Source: Methanomassiliicoccaceae archaeon
GTDB lineage: Archaea > Thermoplasmatota > Thermoplasmata > Methanomassiliicoccales > UBA472
DNA: 60,370 nt
Direction: 5' to 3'
Assembly (NCBI GenBank): GCA_003135935.1
Contig: PNBI01000101.1
Span: 1-60,370 of the forward strand
Shown here: in pieces, positions 45,933 to 54,560 of the stretch
Layout of the letters: every line of letters starts with the position of its first letter
Numbering within the stretch: the first letter of the stretch is position 1
Position numbers and translations under genes: made by a program
The notes under the pieces: model-generated
The model's input: the letters and a program-made list of their open reading frames with translations, nothing else
What the model was told of the DNA's origin: nothing
Databases searched by the model: none

Positions 45933-46406
45933 TTGGTTGGCGCTTTAATAATGAGTAGCACGATTTGTGATTTTCATCCTTCATGTGGTCCTTTGCTTCA
46001 CTTTGATTCTTCTTCAAATTCTGTTTCGTTTCGGCCGATTGTTCTTGCCTCGACCAGGATTCGCCCTCTGCGGTTACCGTATTGGCGTACGTTGAAGATC
46101 GGCGGCTATCGAAACGATAAATATCTTGGAGGAGTCGAATCGCATAAGCGCCTTCTGTAGGGCGAAGGCCATGCAGTAATAAGCAAAGGGAAGAGCTCAA
46201 GAGTGGAAGGGTTAGAGGCCAAACTATTCATTTTTTGACATATCCAGAGTGGTCGACCTCCCACTTTTCTGGCTGATAAGGTTCCCCCAAGGATTTTGAA
46301 TATGGGACGCTGTGGGAAGGTCAGTTGATTCACTCAAAATGAAAGATCGAATCGGAAGAGGCTAAGGATGCGACCTTGCTCTTCACCGGCGTCAGGCTTC
46401 CCAACC

Positions 46407-46706
46407 TCACTTCTTCATTCTCTCTTCATAGGCATCGAAGAACGACTTCAGTGTTCTCATTGATACGTAAGGATGCGACCGTACCATCATTGCATCGCCC
46501 AAGGGGCTGATCATTTCGAACAGTTCCTCTGGCGACTCCGCATTGAGGATGAGAAATCCTCCTCGTTCATCAGAATAGATACCGTGCTCTTCGACCTTCC
46601 CTGATTTCACGAGCTTGTCCATCTGGTCGAAAACCATTTTTTGCACCGGCACAGCACTCATCGGGTCAAAGTTGTCCCGTGCAATCATTTCCACGTGGAA
46701 CCTCAT
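46407..46706 (-). CDS. muconolactone isomerase-like (dimeric alpha+beta barrel) protein
   Basis: MRFHVEMI... and GFLILNAESPEELFEMISPL resemble the MLFHVKM...VFDV.S.E.L..L..LPL pattern of the muconolactone isomerase family. The start was chosen at the internal Met. Confidence 0.4.
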   Translation of the reverse strand: MRFHVEMIARDNFDPMSAVPVQKMVFDQMDKLVKSGKVEEHGIYSDERGGFLILNAESPEELFEMISPLGDAMMVRSHPYVSMRTLKSFFDAYEERMKK

Positions 46707-47041
46707 AATGTTGCCTCCGGTTGATATGACTGAGAAGCGCACGTATTTTTAAATTGCATCAGTTTATTGCGGATTCTAGCAATTATCACGTGGATTCCGC
46801 TATGGTGCGTCAGCTTTCACTCATTTCAGATAATTCTCTTATCTGTGGTCGATTGCGAAGCGCCGTCACAACTGTTGGGTTTGCGAGCATCAATCTGGCC
46901 TTCTATCAGAAAGTTCAAATATGGTCGGGTCCGAGGCGCACATGCAATGCGATTGGCCGACCCATAATATGCCAAATGGGCATCTAATTTGGGCATAATA
47001 GGTCAATCGATAGCTGTAACGGCGCTATTGGAAGTGAGCTC

Positions 47042-48040
47042 TTGTATTGTCCGAAATGCGGAACCCAGCTGCCTGACGACGCGGCATTCTGCCTCAAATG
47101 TGGGACTAACCTTGTGGGGGTGGGGGGGAAGCAAGCGGCCCAAGCACCTCCAGTGATAGCTCCGATCGAGGCGAAATCTCTCAACTGCCCCAGCTGCGGC
47201 GCCCCCATCAATCCTCAGTTCGGGGAAATGGTGATCACTTGCTCCTATTGCGGCACGACAATCTCCCTAAGCGCCAATGGCTGGAAGGGAATCGCAAAGC
47301 AGACCATGCTGCCAGTCAACTTCTTGGACAAGGAGAAGATCAATGCCATGATCCATGACCTGATGGATCAGGGACTACTGCACAGGCACCTCCAAGAGAA
47401 TTCCACCTTGGAGGAGATGAACTTAAGTTTGGTGCCTTATTGGATAGTTACTGCTTCCGCCCGTACCAATATCGTGGCGAGCGACGTTGCGATGGAGACA
47501 GGGCAGATCGCAACTACTGCAGCGCTGTTCGCGCTGATGGGAGCTGGAATGGGCGGTCGACGGGGCGGATTCGGAATCGGCATGGCCGGTCCATTGATGG
47601 CGGGAACCATGCTCGGCGGCACTATGGCTGGTAGAGGTGGCTCAAGAAAGAGCTTCGAGTTCAACAACAATTACAATTTTCCAGTGGTGGCGCTTAAGGC
47701 CCTGGCCGAGCATCAACCCAAGGATTACCAGTTTGACCTCCAAGCCCGGACATTCTTTGACGTTACCAAAGTCCCCAAGGATATCAAGATCCTGAACGGT
47801 GACGTGGGCGAGGAGGCGGCAAAGCAGCAGGCGAAGGCGCTCGTCGACCAACTGCAGTCCGATCGGGCGCATGCCCAATATCATCTGATCCAGCAGATCA
47901 ATACCGAAGTCGATGTTGGTGAATCCGAACTGCTGCATGCCCCGATATGGTTCGCCCGGTATGACTTCCGGGGGCAGAAGATCGCCCTCGTCATCGATGC
48001 CAATTCTGGAGCCGTGATAAACAGCATAGGGCTTCGCTAA
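47042..48040 (+). CDS. zinc-ribbon protein with Gly/Met-rich low-complexity insert
   Basis: 332 aa with a TTG start preceded by GGAAGTGA. Motifs are YCPKCGTQLPDDAAFCLKCG and CPSCGAPINPQFGEMVITCSYCG. The Gly/Met-rich segment is GAGMGGRRGGFGIGMAGPLMAGTMLGGTMAGRGG. The C-terminus has HAPIWFARYDFRGQKIALVIDANSGAVI. Confidence 0.65.
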   Translation: MYCPKCGTQLPDDAAFCLKCGTNLVGVGGKQAAQAPPVIAPIEAKSLNCPSCGAPINPQFGEMVITCSYCGTTISLSANGWKGIAKQTMLPVNFLDKEKINAMIHDLMDQGLLHRHLQENSTLEEMNLSLVPYWIVTASARTNIVASDVAMETGQIATTAALFALMGAGMGGRRGGFGIGMAGPLMAGTMLGGTMAGRGGSRKSFEFNNNYNFPVVALKALAEHQPKDYQFDLQARTFFDVTKVPKDIKILNGDVGEEAAKQQAKALVDQLQSDRAHAQYHLIQQINTEVDVGESELLHAPIWFARYDFRGQKIALVIDANSGAVINSIGLR

Positions 48041-48062
48041 TGGTCGCAAGGAGGTAAAATGA

Positions 48063-48830
48063 ATGAGGATGCAGGCGAATACAATCCTGATAACTGGCGG
48101 AGCCACCGGGATCGGTCTCGCATTGGCAGAATCGTTCCTGGAAAGGGGCAATGAGGTCATCGTCTGCGCTCGCACCGAGGAGCATTTGGTTCATGCGAAG
48201 GAAAGGCTGCCGAGGCTGCAAATTCGAAGATGCGACCTTTCCAAGGAGAGCGAACGAAGGGACCTCCACGACTGGACAATCTCCAATTTCCCGGAGATGA
48301 ACGTCCTGATAAACAACGCTGGGATTCAAAGGGTGATTGATTTTAAGAGGGGGCTGGCAGACCTGGACCGCCATCGGGAGGTTGATGAGGAGGATGAGAT
48401 CGAGATCAACTTCAGGGCCTATGTACAAATGGCTGCGGCATTCGTCCCGGACCTCATCAAACAGAAGGAAGCAGCTATCGTGAACGTCTCCTCTGGCCTC
48501 GGCTTCATTCCGCTAACGATTATGCCGGTTTATTGCGCAACCAAGGCAGCAATCCATTCTTTCTCCCTGAGCCTGCGCCACCAGCTAAGCGATACGCCCA
48601 TCAAGGTGTTCGAGATCATCCCGCCAACGGTCGATACTGAGCTTGATAAAGGCGCCAGGGCTTCCAGGGGACAACAGGACCGGGGCATTGCACCAGGCCT
48701 CGTGGCAAAGGAGGCGCTGCCTCGTATGGAGAAGGACGATTACGAGATCGCCATAGGCAGGGCGGGGAACATCAGGGCGGCATCGGGCATCGACTTCGAC
48801 CGGATATTCGCAAATATGAACCACAATTGA
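48063..48830 (+). CDS. short-chain dehydrogenase/reductase (SDR)
   Basis: The motifs are ILITGGATGIGLALAESF, NNAG and YCATKAA. Confidence 0.88.
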   Translation: MRMQANTILITGGATGIGLALAESFLERGNEVIVCARTEEHLVHAKERLPRLQIRRCDLSKESERRDLHDWTISNFPEMNVLINNAGIQRVIDFKRGLADLDRHREVDEEDEIEINFRAYVQMAAAFVPDLIKQKEAAIVNVSSGLGFIPLTIMPVYCATKAAIHSFSLSLRHQLSDTPIKVFEIIPPTVDTELDKGARASRGQQDRGIAPGLVAKEALPRMEKDDYEIAIGRAGNIRAASGIDFDRIFANMNHN

Positions 48831-49685
48831 CTAATTGATAGGGTCGAGCCATTTTGCTGTCAATCGGCCGCTGACTTCCCACAATCGTTGCGCTTCGATC
48901 TGGTCCATGGACTCCGGAGACGACTCCGTCGCCTGCTTCTCGAAGAAATACTTCCCGGTGATGCCTTCGACCTCAGGCGACGAAGCCAGGTAGACAAGCG
49001 TTTCAGCACCCCTCTCGGGCGAGATTAGGAAACGTGACGCTACCGAATAAGCCAGCGTGGCGGCTCGCCCCATCCCACTGCCGATATTGGTGCGAACGGC
49101 TCCAGGATGGAAGCAATTCACGGTGACCCCGCTTCCCGCCAAGCGGCGGGCCAGCTCGAAAGTGAAGAGGGCGTTTGCCAGCTTCGACTGGCCATAAGCC
49201 GCCCAGGAGCGGAAGGATCCCTCCGCCATGAGGTCATCGAAGTCCATGTGGCCTCTGAATTGGGAATAAGAGCTGGTCACGACCACTCTTGAAGGGACGC
49301 TAGCCTTGAGCTTGTCGAGCAGCAAATTTGTCAGGACAAAATGAGATAGATGATTTACTGCGAAGATGGACTCGAATCCGTCGGCAGTTTGTGTTCGCTT
49401 GCCAGAAATAATTCCTGCATTGTTGGCTAAGACGTCGAGCCGATCGTACGATGCCACAAATGCGGCTGCCGCTCTCCTAACAGTATCGAGCGAAGCCAGG
49501 TCGCAGGCAATCATATCGAGATTGCTGTTGCCGGTCATTTCCCTCACCTCGCGCATGGTATCCTTGGCCTTTGTCTCATTACGCGCCAGAATGACGATGT
49601 TTGGGTGCATGTCAGCCAGAGCGATGAAGGCTGCCCGCCCGATGCCAGAGGTCGCTCCTGTCATCAATATGGTTTCGCCCTTCAT
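48831..49685 (-). CDS. short-chain dehydrogenase/reductase (retinol-dehydrogenase-like)
   Basis: The motifs are ILMTGATSGIGRAA, NNAG and YGQSKLA. The internal Met MKGETIL was chosen as start because the longer track ORF overlaps the upstream gene. Confidence 0.85.
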   Translation of the reverse strand: MKGETILMTGATSGIGRAAFIALADMHPNIVILARNETKAKDTMREVREMTGNSNLDMIACDLASLDTVRRAAAAFVASYDRLDVLANNAGIISGKRTQTADGFESIFAVNHLSHFVLTNLLLDKLKASVPSRVVVTSSYSQFRGHMDFDDLMAEGSFRSWAAYGQSKLANALFTFELARRLAGSGVTVNCFHPGAVRTNIGSGMGRAATLAYSVASRFLISPERGAETLVYLASSPEVEGITGKYFFEKQATESSPESMDQIEAQRLWEVSGRLTAKWLDPIN

Positions 49686-49710
49686 CGCTTCAGATTTCAA
49701 GTACCTCACC

Positions 49711-50088
49711 TTAGGTCTTGTTCCGACGTAGGTCGTCCTGCATCTGCAGATATTGCTCTCTGGTGATTTCACCGCGGGCATATCTGGCATCCAGGATTTG
49801 TTCTGGCCCCAGTTCTCTCTGAAGAGGTCCATTCTGCCAATTGAACCGAGAATATCTGTAGGGCTGATAGCCGCGTCCGACCCAGACAATGATGCGGACG
49901 ATGAACATGACGATCAGAATCGTGATGATAATGCCGAATACCCAAAAGGGAAAGTATCGCGTCCCCGTCATCATGCCCGAATCGGTCGAGCCCAATACAA
50001 TGAATATGAGGAGGACGGCGAAGATGGCGATCACGAGGGCCGAGATAGCCAGGCCGAGCGCCCTCGACGAAGTTCGGTTCATGCGCAT
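49711..50088 (-). CDS. membrane protein with C-terminal SHOCT domain
   Basis: Two TM helices are followed by ILDARYARGEITREQYLQMQDDL (SHOCT-like). The start is uncertain, and the track ORF extends to 50166. Confidence 0.6.
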   Translation of the reverse strand: MRMNRTSSRALGLAISALVIAIFAVLLIFIVLGSTDSGMMTGTRYFPFWVFGIIITILIVMFIVRIIVWVGRGYQPYRYSRFNWQNGPLQRELGPEQILDARYARGEITREQYLQMQDDLRRNKT

Positions 50089-50170
50089 GCTTTGAGAGCA
50101 GGTCCTAGATAAATCTGATTTCCCGTTAGGTTGATCCGTTTGCAGAGGGCGAGCCAAGCCCTCCATTTTC

Positions 50171-52702
50171 TCAATACTTCATGTGGATATAGAAAAAGTG
50201 CTTGGCTATCTCATCGCTGGCGATGTACCCAACCACGATCAGACCCAGAAGTCCCAGGAACTCAAGTGGCAAGGACTGGAAGCCGAACAGGCCAAAGGGA
50301 GTGACATAGGGAAGGGTCAGCGTCACCATAGCCACCACCATCGTCGCCACTAGCAAGTACTTGCCTGGTCGGCTCCTGAGGAAAGGTCGGCGAGTGCGTA
50401 TCACCAGCACTATGATCGCTGCCGATATTACGGATTCTACGAACCATCCGGTTTGGAACTGCGCCTCCGAAGTTCCGAGAATGAAGATCAGGGCACCGAA
50501 GGTGATGAAATCGAAGATGGAGCTGATTAGACCGAAGACCAGCATGAACCTGCGAATGAAGGCCATATCCCATCGTCTCGGTCGCTCCACCATCTCAGGG
50601 TCGACATTGTCCCTCGCGATTGTCGTCTCCGGGAGGTCGGTCAGCAGGTTGGTTAAGAGTACTTGCTTGGGAAGCAGGGGGAGGAAGTTCAGGAAAAGTG
50701 AAGCTCCTGCCATGCTGAACATATTGCCAAAGTTTGCGCTCGTCGCCATGAAAACGTATTTCATGGTGTTGGCGAAAGTCGATCTTCCCTCCCTTACTCC
50801 GTCCAACAGAACTTCGAGGTCCTTCTCCAGGAGCACGATGTCCGCTGCCTCCTTGGCAACGTCCACCCCGCTTTCCACTGAGATACCCACATCTGCCGCA
50901 TGAAGGGCGGACGCGTCATTGATCCCATCCCCCATATAGCCCACGACATTGCCGCTCTTCTTGAGGGCCAGTATGATGCGTTCCTTCTGATTCGGCTCCA
51001 GTTCGGCGAAGATGTCAACCTCGTTCACTTGTCTCAAAAGTGCTTCGTCGCTCGTCTGTCGCAATTCCTGGCCAGTGAGCACCTTCGCATCTTTGATCCC
51101 CACCTGGTCAGCCACTGACCTGGCCACTACGGCATTGTCGCCCGTGATTACCTTCAGGCTGACTCCCAGGCCTTTGAGCTCGTTCAGGGTCTTCTCCAGA
51201 CCGGGTTTGGGCGGATCGAACAGAACCACGAAACCAAGGAATATCATTTCCATTTCTGATTCCTTAGAAATCTTGTCGACCTTTCCCACGTCTTTGTAGG
51301 CCAGCCCAAGCGCTCGGTAACCTTTCTTGCCCAGATCATCGAATAATCGGTGTATTCCTGGTCCGGCAGTATGGATGTCTCCGATCACGCCCTGCGCGTC
51401 TTCTGCCTTTGTGCATACCTCCAAGATATTTTGGTATGCCCCCTTGCTGATCATCAGGTTCTCGCCGTCCTTGGCGCGTACCAGGACGCTCAGTCTCTTT
51501 CGAATGAAATCGTATGGAACCTCGTCCAACTTTTGATAACCACTCTCTCCGAGAGGCACTGCCTTCCGGATGGCCTCGTCTATGGGGTTCAAGAAGCCCG
51601 TTTGATAATTCGAGTTTAGGCTGGCAAACACCCGAACCTTGTTACTCTCTTTTCCCTCGCCATCGACCGTCCCTTGGAGGTTCACTATCGCCTGGGTAAG
51701 TGTGCCGGTCTTGTCTGAGCAGAGAACGTTCATGCTCCCGAAGTTCTCGATCGATGCCAGACGTTTAACGACAACCTTCGATTCCGCCATTTTCCGTGCG
51801 CCATGGGCTAAATTGATGCTCACGATAGCTGGAAGGAGTTGCGGGGTGAGCCCAACGGCCAACGCCAATGAGAAAAGGAAGGATTGGAGGATCGGTTTCT
51901 GAAGCAGCACGTTGATGGCGAAGATGACGATTACCAGGACCAAGGTAATCTCCATGAGCATGAAGCCGAATCGTTTGATCCCAGCTTCGAATTCCGTCTC
52001 TGGGGCGCGTAGTCGCAGCGAGTCTGACACTTTCCCGAACTCGGTCGTTCGGCCTGTATGGACAACGAGCGCAGTCGCGGTGCCGCTGACCACATGCGTG
52101 CCCATAAACAGCGAATTGCTCCTCTTATTGAGCGCGGTCTCTGGAGTAAGATGGCCTTCCAGTTTTTCAACTGGATAGGTCTCCCCCGTCAAAGTTGCTT
52201 CATCGACGAATAGGTCTGTCGATTCAAGGATGCGGGAGTCACTGGGAATGATATCTCCCGCCGCCAGCGTCAATATGTCGCCAGGCACCACGTCTTCCGT
52301 CGATATTATCTTCTCTGCACTGTCTCGAATCACGGACGCCTTGGTTTGGACTATGGAAAGCAACTTCGAGATTACATCGGTCGCCTTCCTTTCCTGCCAG
52401 AAGCCAAGCAAACCGCTGATGATCACGATGGAGATGATGATTATGGCATCGGTAGCGTCTCCCAGGAAAGCCGAGATTATGGCTGCGATCAGCAGTATGA
52501 TGATAAGGGGACTTTTGAATTGGTTAAGGAAGAGGGTCAGCGGGCCAGCCTTTCTCTTTGCTTTGAGCGAATTCGGGCCATAAGTGGAGAGCCTTTTTAT
52601 AGCCTCATCCTCTGTCAGTCCGGTTTTCCGGTCAGTCTTCAAAGAGGCCAACAAATCGGAGTCGTCTTCGGACCAGAATTGCTTCGCGCTCTCATCCATC
52701 AT
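50171..52702 (-). CDS. mgtA: magnesium-translocating P-type ATPase
   Basis: 843 aa with DKTGTLT and GDGINDA. The C-terminal LPLLPKQVLLTNLLTDLPETTIARDNVDPEMVERPRRWD closely parallels the E. coli MgtA region LPMLPLHLLIQNLLYD...FDNVD.E...KPQRWN. Confidence 0.85.
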   Translation of the reverse strand: MMDESAKQFWSEDDSDLLASLKTDRKTGLTEDEAIKRLSTYGPNSLKAKRKAGPLTLFLNQFKSPLIIILLIAAIISAFLGDATDAIIIISIVIISGLLGFWQERKATDVISKLLSIVQTKASVIRDSAEKIISTEDVVPGDILTLAAGDIIPSDSRILESTDLFVDEATLTGETYPVEKLEGHLTPETALNKRSNSLFMGTHVVSGTATALVVHTGRTTEFGKVSDSLRLRAPETEFEAGIKRFGFMLMEITLVLVIVIFAINVLLQKPILQSFLFSLALAVGLTPQLLPAIVSINLAHGARKMAESKVVVKRLASIENFGSMNVLCSDKTGTLTQAIVNLQGTVDGEGKESNKVRVFASLNSNYQTGFLNPIDEAIRKAVPLGESGYQKLDEVPYDFIRKRLSVLVRAKDGENLMISKGAYQNILEVCTKAEDAQGVIGDIHTAGPGIHRLFDDLGKKGYRALGLAYKDVGKVDKISKESEMEMIFLGFVVLFDPPKPGLEKTLNELKGLGVSLKVITGDNAVVARSVADQVGIKDAKVLTGQELRQTSDEALLRQVNEVDIFAELEPNQKERIILALKKSGNVVGYMGDGINDASALHAADVGISVESGVDVAKEAADIVLLEKDLEVLLDGVREGRSTFANTMKYVFMATSANFGNMFSMAGASLFLNFLPLLPKQVLLTNLLTDLPETTIARDNVDPEMVERPRRWDMAFIRRFMLVFGLISSIFDFITFGALIFILGTSEAQFQTGWFVESVISAAIIVLVIRTRRPFLRSRPGKYLLVATMVVAMVTLTLPYVTPFGLFGFQSLPLEFLGLLGLIVVGYIASDEIAKHFFYIHMKY

Positions 52703-52827
52703 TCACTTCTCCATCGTAGAACTGAATATAGACTTGAGCCACCTATATTTGAGGATGATATTCGATTGAATTTCGGCTCATATTTTACTTGTCTCGCGTC
52801 GAATCGAATGTAAATGATACGGGGCAA

Positions 52828-53229
52828 TTACAAAGGTCGTGTCGGTTGCCAGAGGCCTAAGATATTGCCTTCTGTGTCTTCGAAGTAAGCATAAATTCCC
52901 ATATCTGCCATTGCAGTCTTGGGCACCGATATCTTTCCGCCCGACTTCTTGACTTCCTCTATTGCTTTATCGACATTATCCACGACGATGGTGATGATCG
53001 GGTGCTTGAGCGGGCCCATGCGGTTGATGATGCCCCCGTTGATCGCTCCCTTCTCTTGCAACATGCCGTGCTCATCGGTCTGCGCCGTTGTCGCCATGAC
53101 GTAGTCCTGACCTGGCGCCCCACCAGGCACTGAGCGGATAGCCCAGCCAAAAGCTTCGGAATAGAACTTTTTGGCGCGATCCACCCTGTCCACTGGTATC
53201 TCGAAATGCATGACTTTCCCCTTAATCAT
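52828..53229 (-). CDS. VOC (glyoxalase/bleomycin-resistance) family protein
   Basis: 133 aa with HFEIPV..DRAKKFYSEAFGW and YFEDTEGNILGLWQ. Confidence 0.8.
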   Translation of the reverse strand: MIKGKVMHFEIPVDRVDRAKKFYSEAFGWAIRSVPGGAPGQDYVMATTAQTDEHGMLQEKGAINGGIINRMGPLKHPIITIVVDNVDKAIEEVKKSGGKISVPKTAMADMGIYAYFEDTEGNILGLWQPTRPL

Positions 53230-53482
53230 GATAACACCAATTGCCGAACTCCGGAGCGACGGGTACTTAGAGGTTACCAGACGAATTCTCGGATTATTGA
53301 TGAAATCTCATATGTGACTGGAAAACTTGACGGGATCCGATCAGCGAAATGCGACGGCTGGAATATCTTGGACGGAAACTGAAGCCGCCAGAATTTGTGG
53401 AGTTGCGATAGGATCCTTTGATCGCCTTTGAGTGTTAGCGCGCGCCATCCAATAAATTGGTCGAGATGATTCAAATTGAGGC

Positions 53483-53953
53483 TCAAACTGATTTCGGAAG
53501 ACCTTTCACCAGGTCAGCTGCCCAGGCTTTTGCTTTCTCCGCCTCACCGTCTTTCATCTGATATCGATCAGTCTTGCCCTCCACATAGGAGATAAGTGGG
53601 GGCGAGACCAGTTTGAAGCCCAACTCACTAAGCTTGGCCTCTATGGCCTTGGTGGCATTCCCGCTGATCCTCATTTGTATCTGAGTGTCGAAAGCAGCAG
53701 CCATCTTGCCTGACTTGGAATCACTAGCCAGGCTTTCAAGGAACTTCATTATCTCCTTGGTCGGTTTCCACGCCATCGTGGGAGAGCCAACTATGATGCA
53801 GCCATAGCCTTTGACTGCCTCAGGTTTGACCTCCTTGTAGAAGAAACAGTCAACCTCTGCTCCATGCTCCTTCAACGAATCCGCAATGATCTTCGCTACC
53901 TTCTCCGTCATCTTCGTTGCCGAGACAGAATCATAAACAACTAGGGTCTTCAT
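53483..53953 (-). CDS. flavodoxin-like protein
   Basis: 156 aa with MKTLVVYDSVSATKMTEKVAKIIA and CIIVGSPT. Confidence 0.7.
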   Translation of the reverse strand: MKTLVVYDSVSATKMTEKVAKIIADSLKEHGAEVDCFFYKEVKPEAVKGYGCIIVGSPTMAWKPTKEIMKFLESLASDSKSGKMAAAFDTQIQMRISGNATKAIEAKLSELGFKLVSPPLISYVEGKTDRYQMKDGEAEKAKAWAADLVKGLPKSV

Positions 53954-54212
53954 GGATTTCCCTCAAAGATGGAATGATTCATGCTTTGTGGGGACTTAAT
54001 GTTTGTCTTGTTAGTGCGCTGGCCTTCGTGAGATCGGTCCCGTTTCCGGGAAGACAAGCTGACCAAGTCCCGAGCCATTTTCGAGGAATTTTCATATGCT
54101 GGCCCGCATTATCAAAGGTTTTCCTCCGAAAACGCACACTCGCAACCGTCGTCTTTATTAACTAGAAGTCCATGGCTTAAGCAATCACAAGGGTTCGAAA
54201 GGATTTTTGGGA

Positions 54213-54220
54213 TTATATAA
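54213..54220 (+). promoter_or_regulatory. TATA-like box (TTATATAA) for the CxxC-x17-CxxC gene
   Basis: The box is centred about 25 nt upstream of ATG 54242, which predicts a leaderless transcript. Confidence 0.45.
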
Positions 54221-54241
54221 CAACATAGGTAGATTAGTAAT

Positions 54242-54424
54242 ATGTATGGAAAAGAGAGATCGGGCGGCTACGGTCGCCCAAGAAACGATGGACCGCGCGA
54301 GATGCACGACGTAACATGTTCCGACTGCGGAGCACAAACTCAGGTACCTTTCAAGCCGACAGAGGGCAGGCCTGTATATTGCAGGGACTGCTTCCAGAAG
54401 CACAAGCCGAAGGACCGATTCTAA
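54242..54424 (+). CDS. CxxC-x17-CxxC domain protein
   Basis: 60 aa. CSDC, then exactly 17 residues (GAQTQVPFKPTEGRPVY), then CRDC, with basic Arg/Gly-rich flanks. Confidence 0.75.
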   Translation: MYGKERSGGYGRPRNDGPREMHDVTCSDCGAQTQVPFKPTEGRPVYCRDCFQKHKPKDRF

Positions 54425-54451
54425 ACCGGCCTAACGGCCTAATTCCTCAAA

Positions 54452-54473
54452 TTTTTTCATTTTCTTATTTTTT
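54452..54473 (+). terminator. oligo-T tract (archaeal-type terminator candidate)
   Basis: The sequence ttttttcattttcttatttttt lies 28 nt after the stop codon. Confidence 0.4.
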
Positions 54474-54560
54474 ATCCAATTATTTGCATCCTGGATTCTT
54501 TAGCAAGCTATCCTTTATTATTGATTATACTGTCGGCGAAAAAAGAAACGCTTTAAAGCG

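Noticed and set aside
45933-46406. A 470-nt gap has overlapping ORFs (45852..46160 +, 45907..46200 -, 46106..46333 -), including a hydrophilic stretch (QEQSAETKQNLKKNQSEAKDHMKDENHK).
   Set aside because: There is no convincing start, RBS or motif. A small hydrophilic gene cannot be excluded, but it is not supportable.
53274-53486. A 70-aa minus-strand ORF has a TTG start that overlaps the flavodoxin stop (TTGA).
   Set aside because: The only support is the overlap. It has a weak start codon, no RBS, and its sequence shows no recognisable fold signature.
54425-54442. A tandem 8-nt duplication (cggcctaa cggcctaa) lies immediately after the CxxC-x17-CxxC gene.
   Set aside because: It is too short to be more than slippage, and the following oligo-T tract is the more likely functional element.
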